Source: Escherichia phage HX01. Taken from it: a stretch of DNA of 64,000 nucleotides. The stretch lies in the sequence record NC_018855.1; one strand, 5' to 3'. Within the stretch, counting starts at the first letter, position 1. Each line of letters begins with the position of its first letter. Below the pieces are notes generated by a model. The model was not told the origin of the DNA. It did not search any database and worked only from the letters and a program-made list of their open reading frames with translations. Of this stretch, positions 8,796-17,348 are shown in pieces. Position numbers and translations under genes: made by a program.

Positions 8796-9284
8796 ATGAA
8801 TATATTTGAAATGCTTCGTAATGACGAAGGTCTTAGACTGACTTTATACAAAGACACTGAAGGCTTTTGGACGATTGGCATAGGCCATTTAGTAACAAAG
8901 AACCCATCTTTAGCCGTAGCTAAAGCTGAACTTGACAGAATGATCGGCCGTAAATGCAACGGTACAATTACCCTTGATGAGGCTGAAAAGCTATTTAATG
9001 AAGACGTTGATAAAGCCGTTCGCGGAATCTTGGGTAATGCTAAACTTAAACCGGTATACGATTCTTTAGATGCGGTTCGTCGTTGTGCATTGGTCAATAT
9101 GGTCTTCCAAATGGGTGTAGCAGGCGTCGCCGGTTTTACTAATTCTCTTCGTATGCTTCAACAGAAACGTTGGGACGAAGCGGCAGTAAATCTAGCCCAA
9201 TCTAAATGGTATCGTCAGACACCCAATCGCGCGAAACGCGTAATATCAACATTTAAAACAGGAACTTGGAAAGCGTATATATGA
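8796..9284 (+). CDS. e: lysozyme (endolysin), T4 e homolog
   Basis: MNIFEMLR...DEAEKLF...[41 protein letters not shown] matches T4 lysozyme from memory. Confidence 0.95.
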   Translation: MNIFEMLRNDEGLRLTLYKDTEGFWTIGIGHLVTKNPSLAVAKAELDRMIGRKCNGTITLDEAEKLFNEDVDKAVRGILGNAKLKPVYDSLDAVRRCALVNMVFQMGVAGVAGFTNSLRMLQQKRWDEAAVNLAQSKWYRQTPNRAKRVISTFKTGTWKAYI

Positions 9285-9549
9285 AAACATATAGTGAATT
9301 TTTATCAGAATCTATTCTTAACGAAGCTACTGACACATTTGCAACTAAGTTAGGTGCAGCTTTGGTTGAAGCCGAAAGTCTATTAGCACGTATTTTAAGA
9401 TAGATACTCGCAAATTTGAACGTACCAGTGATATCGTTAAGCTTGAAGCCTTGTTGCGTATGTGTGATAAACCGGAAGAAATCGCTAAGAACGGCTCGCT
9501 GATGAAACAACGTCTTGAAAAATATATTTCAGGCGCTTCAGAAAAATAG
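9281..9549 (+). pseudogene. frame-disrupted internal-protein-like gene
   Basis: ATG 9281 (ATGA overlap with e) encodes [10 protein letters not shown]... for 40 codons to TAG 9401-9403; coding-like sequence continues in the +2 frame to TAG 9547-9549. Confidence 0.45.
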
Positions 9550-9550
9550 T

Positions 9551-9605
9551 GTTTACTTCCTCCAAGGGTTTTGATACTATACATTCATCAACTACTTGGA
9601 GGAAA
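9551..9605 (+). promoter_or_regulatory. early promoter with inverted repeat covering the denV ribosome-binding site
   Basis: GTTTAC 9551-9556; perfect 10-bp inverted repeat TTCCTCCAAG 9557-9566 / CTTGGAGGAA 9595-9604. Confidence 0.55.
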
Positions 9606-9607
9606 TT

Positions 9608-10021
9608 ATGACTCGTATCAATTTAACACTTGTTTCTGAACTGACCGACCAACATCTTATGGCTGAGTATCGTGAATTACCACGCGTATTTGGTGCAGTC
9701 CGTAAACATGTTCAAAACGGTAAACGTGTAAAGGATTTTAAAATCTCCCCGACATTTATCTTAGGCACAGGTCATGTAACATTCTTTTACGACAAACTCG
9801 AATTTTTACGTTTACGTCAAATCGAGCTAATCGCTGAATGCTTGAAACGTGGTTTCAAAATCAAGGACACGACTGTCCAAGATATTTCCGACATCCCTGC
9901 CGAATTTCGTAATAATTATGTCCCGACCGAAGCGTCCATTGCGATAAGTCAAGCTCGTTTAGATGAAAAAATTGCTCAACGTCCTACTTGGTACAAATAC
10001 TATGGTAAATCAATTTACTAA
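9608..10021 (+). CDS. denV: endonuclease V, pyrimidine-dimer DNA glycosylase
   Basis: [34 protein letters not shown]... matches T4 DenV from memory; ORF track start trimmed. Confidence 0.93.
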   Translation: MTRINLTLVSELTDQHLMAEYRELPRVFGAVRKHVQNGKRVKDFKISPTFILGTGHVTFFYDKLEFLRLRQIELIAECLKRGFKIKDTTVQDISDIPAEFRNNYVPTEASIAISQARLDEKIAQRPTWYKYYGKSIY

Positions 10022-10112
10022 GGAAAAAGGTTGCGATGGTAAAGCTTAAACAGTTTACGCTTAAGTATTAATATGGTATAATTACTCTATCAAAACAAAC
10101 AAGGAAACAAAA

Positions 10113-10415
10113 ATGAAAACATATCAAGAATTTATTACTGAAGCGCGAGTGAGTGCAGGTAAATTAGAAGCCGCTATAAATAAAAAGGCCCATTCATTTC
10201 ACGATTTGTCCGATAAAGACCGTAAGAAACTTGTAAGCCTTTATATTGACAAAGAGCGTATTCTCGCTCTTCCTGGCGCTAATGAAGGTAAACAGGCCAA
10301 GCCTTTGAATGCTGTTGAAAAGAAAATTGATAACTTTGCTTCTAAATTCGGTATGTCTATGGATGACCTTCAGCAAGCGGCTATCGAAGCAGCTAAAGTA
10401 ATTAAAGGTAAATAA
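10113..10415 (+). CDS. ipII: internal protein II-like
   Basis: 100 aa, N-terminus MKTYQEFITEARVSA (capsid-targeting-like). Confidence 0.65.
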   Translation: MKTYQEFITEARVSAGKLEAAINKKAHSFHDLSDKDRKKLVSLYIDKERILALPGANEGKQAKPLNAVEKKIDNFASKFGMSMDDLQQAAIEAAKVIKGK

Positions 10416-10417
10416 CA

Positions 10418-10450
10418 GTTTACTTTCTCCTAGAATTGTGATAGTATAAT
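10418..10450 (+). promoter_or_regulatory. early promoter
   Basis: GTTTAC 10418-10423, TATAAT 10445-10450. Confidence 0.45.
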
Positions 10451-10472
10451 CATAATTACTTGGAGAGGTAAA

Positions 10473-10546
10473 ATGACTCGATGAAAAAATTTTAATGAAG
10501 CCACACTGGTATAAGTATTAAGGCAAAAATATTTACATTCAAATAA
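10473..10546 (+). pseudogene. remnant of a denV-like gene (start fused to 3' end)
   Basis: ATG-ACT-CGA (MTR, as denV start) then TGA; following sequence reads DEKILMKPHWYKY*GKNIY, paralleling the denV C-terminus [19 protein letters not shown]. Confidence 0.4.
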
Positions 10547-10687
10547 CATGGGAACAAGCTGGACCTCATGATTCTATGAGGGATTCCCGCCAACCTGTAA
10601 TAAGGTCGAGTCCAAGTGCGGTAATGGGTAAATACAGAAATGGACAATTCATGTGCCATGGAATGGCCCAAACTTAGAGAGAACAAA

Positions 10688-11227
10688 ATGAAAACATTTT
10701 TAACTGGACCTTATCTATCCCTGATGAATGCTTTTACACACCATTCTGATGCTAGAGTAGAAGAAATTTGTAAGAACGGTTATGTCCCACCATTTGAAGA
10801 CATACTCAAGCAGTACTGTACACTTCGTTTAGACGGTGGCAGACAATCAGGTAAATCCACTGCAGTAACTAATTTTGCTGCTAATTGGCTGCACGACGAT
10901 GGAACAGTTATTGTTCTTTCTAATACTTCAGCTTATGCTAAAATTTCTGCTGGCAACATTAAAAAAGAATTTTCTCGTTATTCTAGCGACGATATTCGAT
11001 TCCGTTTATTTACTGATTCTGTCCGTAGTTTTATTGGCAATGAAGGTTCTAAATTCCGTGGATTAACGCTTTCTCGTATTCTGTATATAATTGACGAGCC
11101 TATTAAAGCTCCTGATATGGATAAGATTTACAACATACATATTAAAACAGTCCAACACTGTTGCAAAAGCAAATATTGCATCAGTGGTATTGCTCGTCCT
11201 CAATTTTTTGTGATTGGAATGCAATGA
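10688..11227 (+). CDS. P-loop protein (Walker A GGRQSGKST), function unknown
   Basis: ORF track 10640..11227; ATG 10688 after SD AGAGAGAA. Confidence 0.55.
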   Translation: MKTFLTGPYLSLMNAFTHHSDARVEEICKNGYVPPFEDILKQYCTLRLDGGRQSGKSTAVTNFAANWLHDDGTVIVLSNTSAYAKISAGNIKKEFSRYSSDDIRFRLFTDSVRSFIGNEGSKFRGLTLSRILYIIDEPIKAPDMDKIYNIHIKTVQHCCKSKYCISGIARPQFFVIGMQ

Positions 11228-11532
11228 TGACCACTATTGAAGTTTTTGAGTATTGTTATAACAGCCCAGTATGCAATAAAAGGGCTCTTGTAGAAAATTA
11301 TGAGATTTACCATTTTAAACCTAAACGATACCGTTTGACTAAAGGTCCGTTCGCAGGGCAGCAGGTTCTTTGTACTGCTCCTAATGCACGGTTGATGACT
11401 AGTATTCCGCATTTCAAAATGGAATTTATTGATGGGCCATTTAAAGGATTAATCACTCAAAGTTTAATGGCGTTTAATTCCGACCCATTTTTGATTAAAG
11501 AAAAAACTTGGATAAATTTATTTTCTAATTGA
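11224..11532 (+). CDS. hypothetical protein
   Basis: ORF track 11161..11532; ATGA-coupled start 11224. Confidence 0.5.
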   Translation: MMTTIEVFEYCYNSPVCNKRALVENYEIYHFKPKRYRLTKGPFAGQQVLCTAPNARLMTSIPHFKMEFIDGPFKGLITQSLMAFNSDPFLIKEKTWINLFSN

Positions 11533-11538
11533 GGTTAT

Positions 11539-11901
11539 ATGAAAGCATATCAAATTCTTGAAGGTGTACATAAAGGCACTATTTATTTTGAAGACGGTAC
11601 TCAAGCCCGGATTATCGTCTCTAAGACTTTTAAAGAAGACGCTATTGTAGACCCGGAAATTTTCTACGGTTTGAATGCCCGTGAAATTGAAATTGAACAT
11701 CAACCTAAAGTTAAAATTGAAGGTGGTCAACACCTGAACGTTAACGTTCTGCGTCGTGAAACTCTGGAAGATGCAGTTAAGCATCCGGAAAAATATCCGC
11801 AGCTGACCATCCGTGTATCCGGTTATGCAGTTCGCTTTAACTCTCTGACTCCGGAACAGCAGCGCGACGTTATCGCTCGGACATTTACCGAGAGTCTATA
11901 A
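11539..11901 (+). CDS. grcA: autonomous glycyl-radical cofactor (GrcA/YfiD-like)
   Basis: C-terminal [63 protein letters not shown] with glycyl-radical signature RVSGY; a T4 YfiD homolog (Y06I) is known. Confidence 0.85.
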   Translation: MKAYQILEGVHKGTIYFEDGTQARIIVSKTFKEDAIVDPEIFYGLNAREIEIEHQPKVKIEGGQHLNVNVLRRETLEDAVKHPEKYPQLTIRVSGYAVRFNSLTPEQQRDVIARTFTESL

Positions 11902-12125
11902 TGGCTAAATTGATTATAGAAGGGTCTGAAGATGTTTTAAAATGTTTTGCCGCCTGGTTTAGTTGCTCAGGCGAGCAATCATTCATTGAAGCATTTAGAA
12001 CGGGTGATATTACTGGAAAATATCCGTCAACCGATATCACTGTACGCGGATATGGTATTAATGAGCCTATCCAATTGGTCGAATATGACCTTGCCACCGA
12101 TGAGGAAATTCCTTATGTCGATTGA
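11901..12125 (+). CDS. hypothetical protein
   Basis: 74-aa ORF, ATGA-coupled. Confidence 0.5.
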   Translation: MAKLIIEGSEDVLKCFAAWFSCSGEQSFIEAFRTGDITGKYPSTDITVRGYGINEPIQLVEYDLATDEEIPYVD

Positions 12126-12360
12126 AGACATCAAAGGCTACAAGCCGCATACCGATGATAAAATCGGTAAAGTGAACGCTATTAAAGATGCCGAAGTTCG
12201 TTTAGGACTTATTCTGGACGCCCTGGCAGAAGAAGCATTATCAGAAAATACTCCTGAAGCTCTGACGGCTTTGTCCCAACTTAACTGTGCTAAAGAGCGT
12301 CTAAAGGAAGCTAGTATGTGGGCGTGTCGTGCGGTATTTCGACCTGAGGAAAAATACTAA
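12115..12360 (+). CDS. hypothetical protein
   Basis: ORF track 11947..12360; start set to ATG 12115 after SD GAGG. Confidence 0.45.
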   Translation: MSIEDIKGYKPHTDDKIGKVNAIKDAEVRLGLILDALAEEALSENTPEALTALSQLNCAKERLKEASMWACRAVFRPEEKY

Positions 12361-12659
12361 TGGCTCAAATCCTATCAGGCTTTGGAACTCATTATGAAGC
12401 ATCTCGACGCATAACTGAAAGCAATCCTTTTGGCCTTGTTCCGAAGCACAAGAAAATTCAAAGCCTTGATGACTTTGAGAATCGCCTATGGGCCCTCTTT
12501 AATGAGTACAAGGCATATCTGAAAGAAGACGCTGACGATTGTCTTGAAGAAGATGAGATTGCGTATTATGAACAACGCCTTGAACAGCTCAAGAACTTCC
12601 ACCAGGTTCGTGACGAAGTATCTAAAGCAGTTAAAAAGTTAATTCCTTTCAAAGAGTAG
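12360..12659 (+). CDS. hypothetical protein
   Basis: 99-aa ORF. Confidence 0.55.
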   Translation: MAQILSGFGTHYEASRRITESNPFGLVPKHKKIQSLDDFENRLWALFNEYKAYLKEDADDCLEEDEIAYYEQRLEQLKNFHQVRDEVSKAVKKLIPFKE

Positions 12660-12708
12660 TTTACTTCTCCTCTAGTTGTGTTACTATAGACCTGTCAACT
12701 AGAGGAGA
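12659..12708 (+). promoter_or_regulatory. early promoter with inverted repeat covering the regB ribosome-binding site
   Basis: GTTTAC 12659-12664; perfect 13-bp inverted repeat TCTCCTCTAGTTG 12666-12678 / CAACTAGAGGAGA 12696-12708. Confidence 0.6.
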
Positions 12709-12715
12709 AATCAAA

Positions 12716-13174
12716 ATGACTATCAATTCAGACGTTTTTATCCGCCGTAATAAACTCCGTCGAATCTTTGAAACGGAGTTCCGCAAAATAAATGCCAGTA
12801 TAAAAGATGCTGCAAAGTCTCTTGGACTACCAGGCTTTCATATCAAGTATTCTCAACATCTCTTAGATCGTGCCATCCAGAGAGAAATAGATGAGAACTA
12901 CGTTTTTGAATTATTTCGTAAAGTAAAAAATCATGTTAAAGAAGTTGCAGAATTTTTATCAATGCCGGCACGTCCAGATGTTGATGAAGATTTTGTCGAA
13001 GGTGTTGAATATCGCCCAGGCCGTTTAGAAATAACTGACGGAAATCTTTGGTTAGGACTTACAGTTTGTCGCGAAAATCCTGCATTCAAAATGAAGACTC
13101 TTCAATGCAGAATGGCTATTATTAACAGTAAACGACTACCAGGAAAAGCTTCTAAAGCAGTGATTAAAATCTAG
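12716..13174 (+). CDS. regB: RegB site-specific endoribonuclease
   Basis: MTINSDVFIRRNKLRR...KYSQHLLDRAIQREIDE...CRMAIINSKRLPGKASKAVIK matches T4 RegB from memory. Confidence 0.9.
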   Translation: MTINSDVFIRRNKLRRIFETEFRKINASIKDAAKSLGLPGFHIKYSQHLLDRAIQREIDENYVFELFRKVKNHVKEVAEFLSMPARPDVDEDFVEGVEYRPGRLEITDGNLWLGLTVCRENPAFKMKTLQCRMAIINSKRLPGKASKAVIKI

Positions 13175-13182
13175 AGGTAAAC

Positions 13183-13725
13183 ATGAGAAAAGCACTACTC
13201 GCTGGTCTATTTGCTCTTTCATTATCAGCACATAGCTCCGAGCATACTTTTAGTAATGTCCAACTCGATAACTTGAATTATGCTTATCAGTTTGGGGAAC
13301 AGTTTTCTAAGGACGGAAAATTTAAAACGCATGAAAATATGCATAAGAAAGGACTTGGATACATAATGGCCGCAATACTATGGCAGGAATCATCTGCCGG
13401 TATTAATCTTAAAGATAAGAAAGGTCACCATGCGTATGGAATGTTCCAAAACTATCTACCAACAATGAGGGCAAGAGTTAACCAGCTTGGTTATAATATG
13501 ACTGATGCCCAAATTAAGAAAATGCTATCTAAGCGGTCTAATTCAGCAAGATGGGCTTATATCGAATTTTCTTATTGGTTAAATATACATAACGGGGATA
13601 TAAGGAAAGCCTTATCCTCATATAATGCGGGATGGAAGACAAGTGCTGGAAGTAAATATGCTTCTGAAGTCCTAGAAAAGGCCAATTACCTTAAATCAAA
13701 TAAACTACTGGAAATAAAAGAATGA
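13183..13725 (+). CDS. secreted lytic transglycosylase-like protein
   Basis: Signal peptide; WQESS and SYNAGW motifs resembling SLT domain. Confidence 0.6.
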   Translation: MRKALLAGLFALSLSAHSSEHTFSNVQLDNLNYAYQFGEQFSKDGKFKTHENMHKKGLGYIMAAILWQESSAGINLKDKKGHHAYGMFQNYLPTMRARVNQLGYNMTDAQIKKMLSKRSNSARWAYIEFSYWLNIHNGDIRKALSSYNAGWKTSAGSKYASEVLEKANYLKSNKLLEIKE

Positions 13726-14069
13726 CCAAAATGTTGGCTTTAATAGTTGGCTTGGTTTCATTTAACGCTCTTGCTAATACTACATATACTGATGTAACGG
13801 AGTATACAAACAGAACGGCGTCTGATTATTGTGGTAAAAGTCAAGAGTGTAAAGTAGATTTTTCACAAAAATTGTTATATGCGTATAAAGACGGAGAAAA
13901 AGATGGGGCGTCTAGTAGGTTCAAGGCGTCTACCTTAATTAAAAGATACTATAAAAAATGGCAAATATTAGAATGCTCGGTGGCGGAACCTAAAGATAAG
14001 GCAGCATGCAATTCTATGGTGGACCGTCTAGTTGACTCTTATAATAGAGGACTTGCAGCAAGTGATTAA
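13722..14069 (+). CDS. small secreted protein (T4 vs position, 115 aa)
   Basis: Signal-peptide-like N-terminus; assignment by position and length only. Confidence 0.5.
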   Translation: MTKMLALIVGLVSFNALANTTYTDVTEYTNRTASDYCGKSQECKVDFSQKLLYAYKDGEKDGASSRFKASTLIKRYYKKWQILECSVAEPKDKAACNSMVDRLVDSYNRGLAASD

Positions 14070-14529
14070 AAACTATATCAAGGGCGATATTGTCGCCCTG
14101 TTTTCTAAAGGTAATAATATTGCTCATGGGTGCAATTGTTTTCATACAATGGGCGCCGGTGTAGCAGGTCAATTAGCAAAGGCTTATCCAAAAATTTTAG
14201 AAGCCGATAAACTTCAAACCGAATTCGGAGACGAGTCTAAACTTGGGACTTATTCGGTTTATGAAAAATATTTTAAGACCCATAAAGCTTATTGCTTTAA
14301 TCTTTATACACAGTTTGAGCCGGGACCTAATTTTGAGTACTCTGCTTTAATGAATTGTATAATAGAATTAAATGAATTCGGAAAAAATAAGATAACAAAG
14401 CCTGTAATTTATATGCCAAGAATTGGTGCGGGTATTGGTGGCGGAAACTGGGATGTCATCGAAGAGATTTTAGATACGTATTCCACTAAACTAGAAATTG
14501 TGATTGTTGATTGGGAACCATTATTATGA
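14062..14529 (+). CDS. macro-domain protein (ADP-ribose binding/processing family)
   Basis: GDIVALFSKGNNIAHGCNCFHTMGAGVAGQLAKAYP resembles macro-domain N-terminal motifs; no in-frame ATG, GTG 14062 assumed. Confidence 0.55.
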   Translation: MIKNYIKGDIVALFSKGNNIAHGCNCFHTMGAGVAGQLAKAYPKILEADKLQTEFGDESKLGTYSVYEKYFKTHKAYCFNLYTQFEPGPNFEYSALMNCIIELNEFGKNKITKPVIYMPRIGAGIGGGNWDVIEEILDTYSTKLEIVIVDWEPLL

Positions 14530-14738
14530 ATATACATTATCCACATCCATATGACCCAAAGAATAAGGCAGTAATTATTCGTCAATGGGAACGCATTTGT
14601 CGTACCAAATGTCCAATTAATAGTCCACATGATGTAGATAAAGACTACATCGGAACATTCGTTGAATATACCTTTATTGATAAGAAAGGCCGTAAACAAC
14701 ATGTAGAAGAATATTGCTTAAAGGTGACATGGTTATGA
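14526..14738 (+). CDS. hypothetical protein
   Basis: ATGA-coupled start. Confidence 0.5.
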   Translation: MNIHYPHPYDPKNKAVIIRQWERICRTKCPINSPHDVDKDYIGTFVEYTFIDKKGRKQHVEEYCLKVTWL

Positions 14739-14920
14739 GTTTAAGTAAAGAACAAAAAGACAGACTCTTTTCTCTTATCCACGAAGTTATGGATAAAAAT
14801 AGCGAATTGGAAAAAGTTTGTAATGAATGCGGTCCTTTTAGCGCAAACGAGTACGAAGAACTTTCTAAAGAATTCGATAATAAAGAACAAGAACTCATTG
14901 ATTATATAAATTCCTTATGA
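14735..14920 (+). CDS. hypothetical protein
   Basis: ATGA-coupled start. Confidence 0.5.
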   Translation: MSLSKEQKDRLFSLIHEVMDKNSELEKVCNECGPFSANEYEELSKEFDNKEQELIDYINSL

Positions 14921-15114
14921 TTACTCGCGAACAAAAGAACGAAATATTATTTTTAGTTGGTGAAATTATTAGTTTAGAAAAGGATTTGTCTTTTGAATTA
15001 TCTTCTGATTATGGAGATGCCGAAACATATTACGAATTAGTAAAATCTATCGATAAAGCTGAAAATGATTTGGAAACATATTTAGAAAATTTAACTAAGG
15101 ACTCTTATGGCTAG
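14917..15114 (+). CDS. hypothetical protein
   Basis: ATGA-coupled start. Confidence 0.5.
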   Translation: MITREQKNEILFLVGEIISLEKDLSFELSSDYGDAETYYELVKSIDKAENDLETYLENLTKDSYG

Positions 15115-15688
15115 TTTAATTTTTACATATGCCGCTATGAACGCTGGTAAGTCTGCTTCATTACTTACTGCCGCACATAACTATAAAGAACGTGGCATGG
15201 GTGTATTAGTTCTTAAACCGGATATTGATACTCGCGATTCAAAAGGTGAAATAGTCTCTCGTATTGGTATTCGTCAGGACGCCAATATAATTACAAAAGA
15301 CATGGATATCTTTGAATTCTATAAATGGGCTGCAGCACAAAAGGATATTCATTGTGTATTTGTTGACGAAGCTCAGTTCTTAACTACTGAAAAGGTGTAT
15401 CAACTTAGTCGTATTGTTGACGTATACAATGTGCCGGTAATGGCATATGGACTACGAACAGATTTTAAAGGTAATCTATTTGAAGGTTCTCAAGCATTAA
15501 TGGCTATTGCCGATAAGCTTGTTGAACTTAAAGGTGTCTGTCATTGCGGTAAAAAAGCCACAATGGTAGCTAGAGTCACGGAAGATGGACTTCCAATTAC
15601 AGATGGCAGTCAAATTGAAATTGGTGATACCGATAGATATGTGTCATTATGCCGGAAGCATTGGAATGATTTGACAGGGTTGTTATAA
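15107..15688 (+). CDS. tk: thymidine kinase
   Basis: MASLIFTYAAMNAGKSASLL...VDEAQFL...CHCGKKA matches T4 Tk. Confidence 0.95.
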   Translation: MASLIFTYAAMNAGKSASLLTAAHNYKERGMGVLVLKPDIDTRDSKGEIVSRIGIRQDANIITKDMDIFEFYKWAAAQKDIHCVFVDEAQFLTTEKVYQLSRIVDVYNVPVMAYGLRTDFKGNLFEGSQALMAIADKLVELKGVCHCGKKATMVARVTEDGLPITDGSQIEIGDTDRYVSLCRKHWNDLTGLL

Positions 15689-15715
15689 ATACTAATATCT
15701 AACCAAGAGGTATAT

Positions 15716-15928
15716 ATGCAGCAATTAAACGAAAGACAACTTCGTAATCTTACTGTAACCCAATTGGACGAAATCCGAAGAGAAATAGGACATTCTATTT
15801 CTCATTTAAACGAGGATATCCGTCAAACTGGTTCTAAAGCTGATTATACACGCAAGCGCAAGCTGGAAAAATACCTCACAGATGTTAAGGCCGTCCAAAG
15901 GCGAAAAATAAATACTGGCCAAAATTAA
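15716..15928 (+). CDS. hypothetical protein
   Basis: 70-aa ORF, SD AGAGG. Confidence 0.5.
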   Translation: MQQLNERQLRNLTVTQLDEIRREIGHSISHLNEDIRQTGSKADYTRKRKLEKYLTDVKAVQRRKINTGQN

Positions 15929-15940
15929 CAGGAGGCCTAT

Positions 15941-16243
15941 ATGGCCTTAAGAGCGATAGCTGTCATGGCGATGCTGGGGTTTTTTGCAGCAACAACTCCT
16001 AACGTTGGTACTGCGTACACCGACCCATATTTTGATAACTTTATGGAATCAGGGATTAAAAACGTATATACTTTGTTTGAAATTCAAAATGTCGAGAATT
16101 CTGAAAAATTCTATAAGTATATGGCAAAGCATTACAAAAATAGCCCCTGTGATGATGCATTTGAATGCCATGAACAAGGCATAAAAACTGCCAGACAATT
16201 TGCCGAGTTCATGAAAATAAAATTAGAGCCTACATCTATCTAA
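15941..16243 (+). CDS. rI: lysis-inhibition regulator RI
   Basis: MALRAIAVMAMLGFF...DPYFDNFMESGI...KIKLE matches T4 RI from memory. Confidence 0.85.
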   Translation: MALRAIAVMAMLGFFAATTPNVGTAYTDPYFDNFMESGIKNVYTLFEIQNVENSEKFYKYMAKHYKNSPCDDAFECHEQGIKTARQFAEFMKIKLEPTSI

Positions 16244-16249
16244 TTTACT

Positions 16250-16278
16250 AGCCCCTTCCTTACGGTTGGGGCTTTTTT
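16250..16278 (+). terminator. rho-independent terminator
   Basis: AGCCCC..GGGGC then TTTTTT; near copy of the 816-846 terminator. Confidence 0.7.
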
Positions 16279-16288
16279 GCATTTAGCA

Positions 16289-16340
16289 GTTTACTTCTCC
16301 TCAGGTTGTGTTATAGTAGACCTTACTTACTAGAGGAGAA
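16289..16340 (+). promoter_or_regulatory. early promoter with inverted repeat covering the ribosome-binding site
   Basis: GTTTAC 16289-16294; TCTCCTC / GAGGAGA inverted repeat. Confidence 0.55.
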
Positions 16341-16344
16341 CGTT

Positions 16345-16524
16345 ATGTCACGTAAAGAAAAGATTTCTAAGTTGATGTTTTTGATTGAAGAGTATGCTAA
16401 TGCGGTATCTGATTGGGAAAATGCTCATGGTTGCGAAGATGGAGACATCGACATTAACAGAGCTATGAAAAAGATGGCCGAAGCCCACACCGAATTGCAA
16501 ATGTATGTTAACGAGATTATGTGA
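16345..16524 (+). CDS. hypothetical protein
   Basis: ORF track 16306..16524; ATG 16345 after SD GAGGAG. Confidence 0.5.
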   Translation: MSRKEKISKLMFLIEEYANAVSDWENAHGCEDGDIDINRAMKKMAEAHTELQMYVNEIM

Positions 16525-16531
16525 GGATATT

Positions 16532-16696
16532 ATGCTTTACGATTATACTGGAAAATCTGAAGACGGCGTACTTGAACTTTTACCTGAAAGCGCTGAAGAT
16601 GATATGGTGGTGATATATTGTGTTGGTTGTCAATCAATGCGTGATGAAATTTTTAAACGTGAACCAAGAAACTGTTGGCACAGGAGCATGAGATGA
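16532..16696 (+). CDS. hypothetical protein (MLYD paralog 1)
   Basis: ATG 16532 after SD GAGGA. Confidence 0.5.
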   Translation: MLYDYTGKSEDGVLELLPESAEDDMVVIYCVGCQSMRDEIFKREPRNCWHRSMR

Positions 16697-16788
16697 TTTA
16701 CTATCTTGAACCTTGGGCTTGGTTAACAATGGCTATAGGGCCTGTTTTAATTGGTTTATTCTTTTCATGGTTAGCGAGGAAACTGTAA
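16693..16788 (+). CDS. 31-aa hydrophobic peptide
   Basis: ATGA-coupled start and TAATG-coupled stop; one TM-like segment; read manually. Confidence 0.3.
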   Translation: MIYYLEPWAWLTMAIGPVLIGLFFSWLARKL

Positions 16789-17003
16789 TGCTGTATGACC
16801 CAAGTGGTAATTTTGAAAATGGTGTGATTGTTCTGGAACCTGAGCATCCAGTTGGTGACGTATACCGCCCAGTTGAAGTATGTGAATGTAATTTTGTTGC
16901 AGGTAATACTGGTGGGATTTCCATTGAGCAAGATGATGATGTTATTTACCTGGATGCAAGCCAAGTAGAAGCGCTTTATAGTATTTTAAAACACAATCGG
17001 TAG
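16788..17003 (+). CDS. hypothetical protein (MLYD paralog 2)
   Basis: ATG 16788 after SD GAGGA. Confidence 0.5.
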   Translation: MLYDPSGNFENGVIVLEPEHPVGDVYRPVEVCECNFVAGNTGGISIEQDDDVIYLDASQVEALYSILKHNR

Positions 17004-17045
17004 TTTACGTCTTGGTAGGACTATGATATAGTAATCCTACCAAGA
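17004..17045 (+). promoter_or_regulatory. early promoter with 12-bp inverted repeat
   Basis: GTTTAC 17004-17009; GTCTTGGTAGGA 17010-17021 / TCCTACCAAGAC 17034-17045. Confidence 0.55.
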
Positions 17046-17060
17046 CAAATGGAGAACAAA

Positions 17061-17171
17061 ATGAAACTTTTGCTTATCGCTTATGTTGTAGTACAATACA
17101 ATTATCCGATGTTTACTTATAACATGGTAAACGGCATAGTGAATCTTATTGAAACGAGTATGGTAAAATGA
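17061..17171 (+). CDS. 36-aa hydrophobic peptide
   Basis: First ATG after promoter with SD GGAG; read manually. Confidence 0.35.
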   Translation: MKLLLIAYVVVQYNYPMFTYNMVNGIVNLIETSMVK

Positions 17172-17347
17172 CCCGTGAACAAGCTAATAAATTGATGGAC
17201 CTTATCCATGACTTACGTGAAGCCGATTCAGATTTGAATGATGTAGCTTATCATGCGGTAAATGATAACGGAGACTTTTATGAAAATCAGGTTGATGCTT
17301 GCCAGAATGCTTTGGTGAATTTTGTTGAAACTTTAATTGGTGAATAA
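17168..17347 (+). CDS. hypothetical protein (59 aa)
   Basis: ATGA-coupled start; read manually. Confidence 0.4.
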   Translation: MTREQANKLMDLIHDLREADSDLNDVAYHAVNDNGDFYENQVDACQNALVNFVETLIGE

Positions 17348-17348
17348 T

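Noticed and set aside
10560-10640. Possible small RNA hairpin (CCTCATGA..ATGAGGG) before the P-loop gene
   Set aside because: Short imperfect stem with no promoter or terminator context; more likely leftover from the denV-remnant deletion.
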